A DNA stretch of 64,000 bases from Chiloscyllium plagiosum. Lineage: Eukaryota. The position numbers and the translations under genes were made by a program. The notes below the pieces were generated by a model, which saw only the letters and a list, made by a program, of their open reading frames with translations, did no database searches and was not told the origin of the DNA. Positions 63,417-64,000 of this stretch are shown here, one piece after another. Where the stretch lies: assembly GCF_004010195.1 (NCBI RefSeq), contig NC_057719.1:57140311-57204310 (forward strand), given 5' to 3'. Position 1 is the first letter of the stretch. Every line of letters begins with the position of its first letter.

Positions 63417-64000
63417 AGAGTCTAGATTAGAGTTGTGCTGGAAAAGCATAGCAGTCCAGACAGCTGCTCCAATCCCGACTTAACCATCAAACCAGCAGAT
63501 AAAGGGGGTGCAGTGGTAGTTTGGCGCATTGATCTCTGCACCGCTGAAGCCAGATGCCAACTCAAAGACATCTCCTCCTACTGCCCCCTTGACCATGACC
63601 CCACCCCCTATCACCAAACCATCATCTCCCAGACCATATACAACCTCATTACCTCAGAAGATCTCCTAACCACAGCTTCCAACCTTGTAGTCCGGGAACT
63701 CCGCACTGCCCGATTCTACCTCCTTCCCAAGATCCACAAGCCTGACCACCCCGGCCGACCCATTGTCTCAGCCTGCTCCTGCCCCACCGAACTCATCTCC
63801 ACCTACCTTGATACTGTCCTATCCCTCCAGTCCAGGGACTCCCCACGTACTTTCGAGACACCACCCATGCCCTCCACCTCCTCCAAGACTTCAGTTTCCC
63901 TGGCCCCCAACACCTCATCTTCACCATGGATATCCAATCCCTCTACACCTCCATCCGCCATGACCAGGGCCTCCAAGCTCTCCGGTTCTTCCTCTCCTGA
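63417..64000 (+). mobile_element. Penelope-like element RT N-half preceded by an inverted family A pLTR arm; runs off the window
   Basis: IKPADKGGAVVVW, FYLLPKIHKPDHPGRPIVS, 1-nt frameshift at ~63825, FTMDIQSLYTSI, terminal TGA; arm at 63417-63464. Confidence 0.92.

Noticed and set aside
1..64000. CRISPR array or prokaryotic defence system
   Set aside because: No regularly spaced direct repeats or operon-like gene density; the sequence is vertebrate repeat-rich DNA

Overview
Eukaryotic, AT-rich, repeat-dominated window with no confidently identifiable host gene. The repeat content (V-SINE/HE1-like tRNA SINEs, Deu-domain SINE relics, many CR1 LINEs, Penelope-like elements) points to a cartilaginous fish, probably a shark; this is an inference. 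Most ORFs in the track are fragments of decayed retroelements. The window holds a near-full-length CR1 (16.2-20.7 kb), several nested or truncated CR1s, two Penelope-like element (PLE) coding fragments (37.7-38.9 kb with RT and GIY-YIG; 63.5-64.0 kb with RT), a Tc1/mariner-type MITE, a probable LTR and a 548-N assembly gap. The most interesting signal is about 18 short PLE terminal-repeat (pLTR) insertions from four sequence families. All four carry, intact or decayed, a minimal hammerhead-ribozyme core: CUGANGA, stem II, GAAA, then a palindromic ACGU/AGCU, with family-specific compensatory stems. Many are ~130-320 bp fold-back elements with a ~35-nt tail and 11-16 bp target-site duplications, and one family is physically joined to a PLE RT. 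Repeat-free islands (about 26.1-30.4 kb) hold a candidate conserved non-coding element and a candidate 247-nt exon. Repeat boundaries are read by eye and approximate; family names were not checked against any database.
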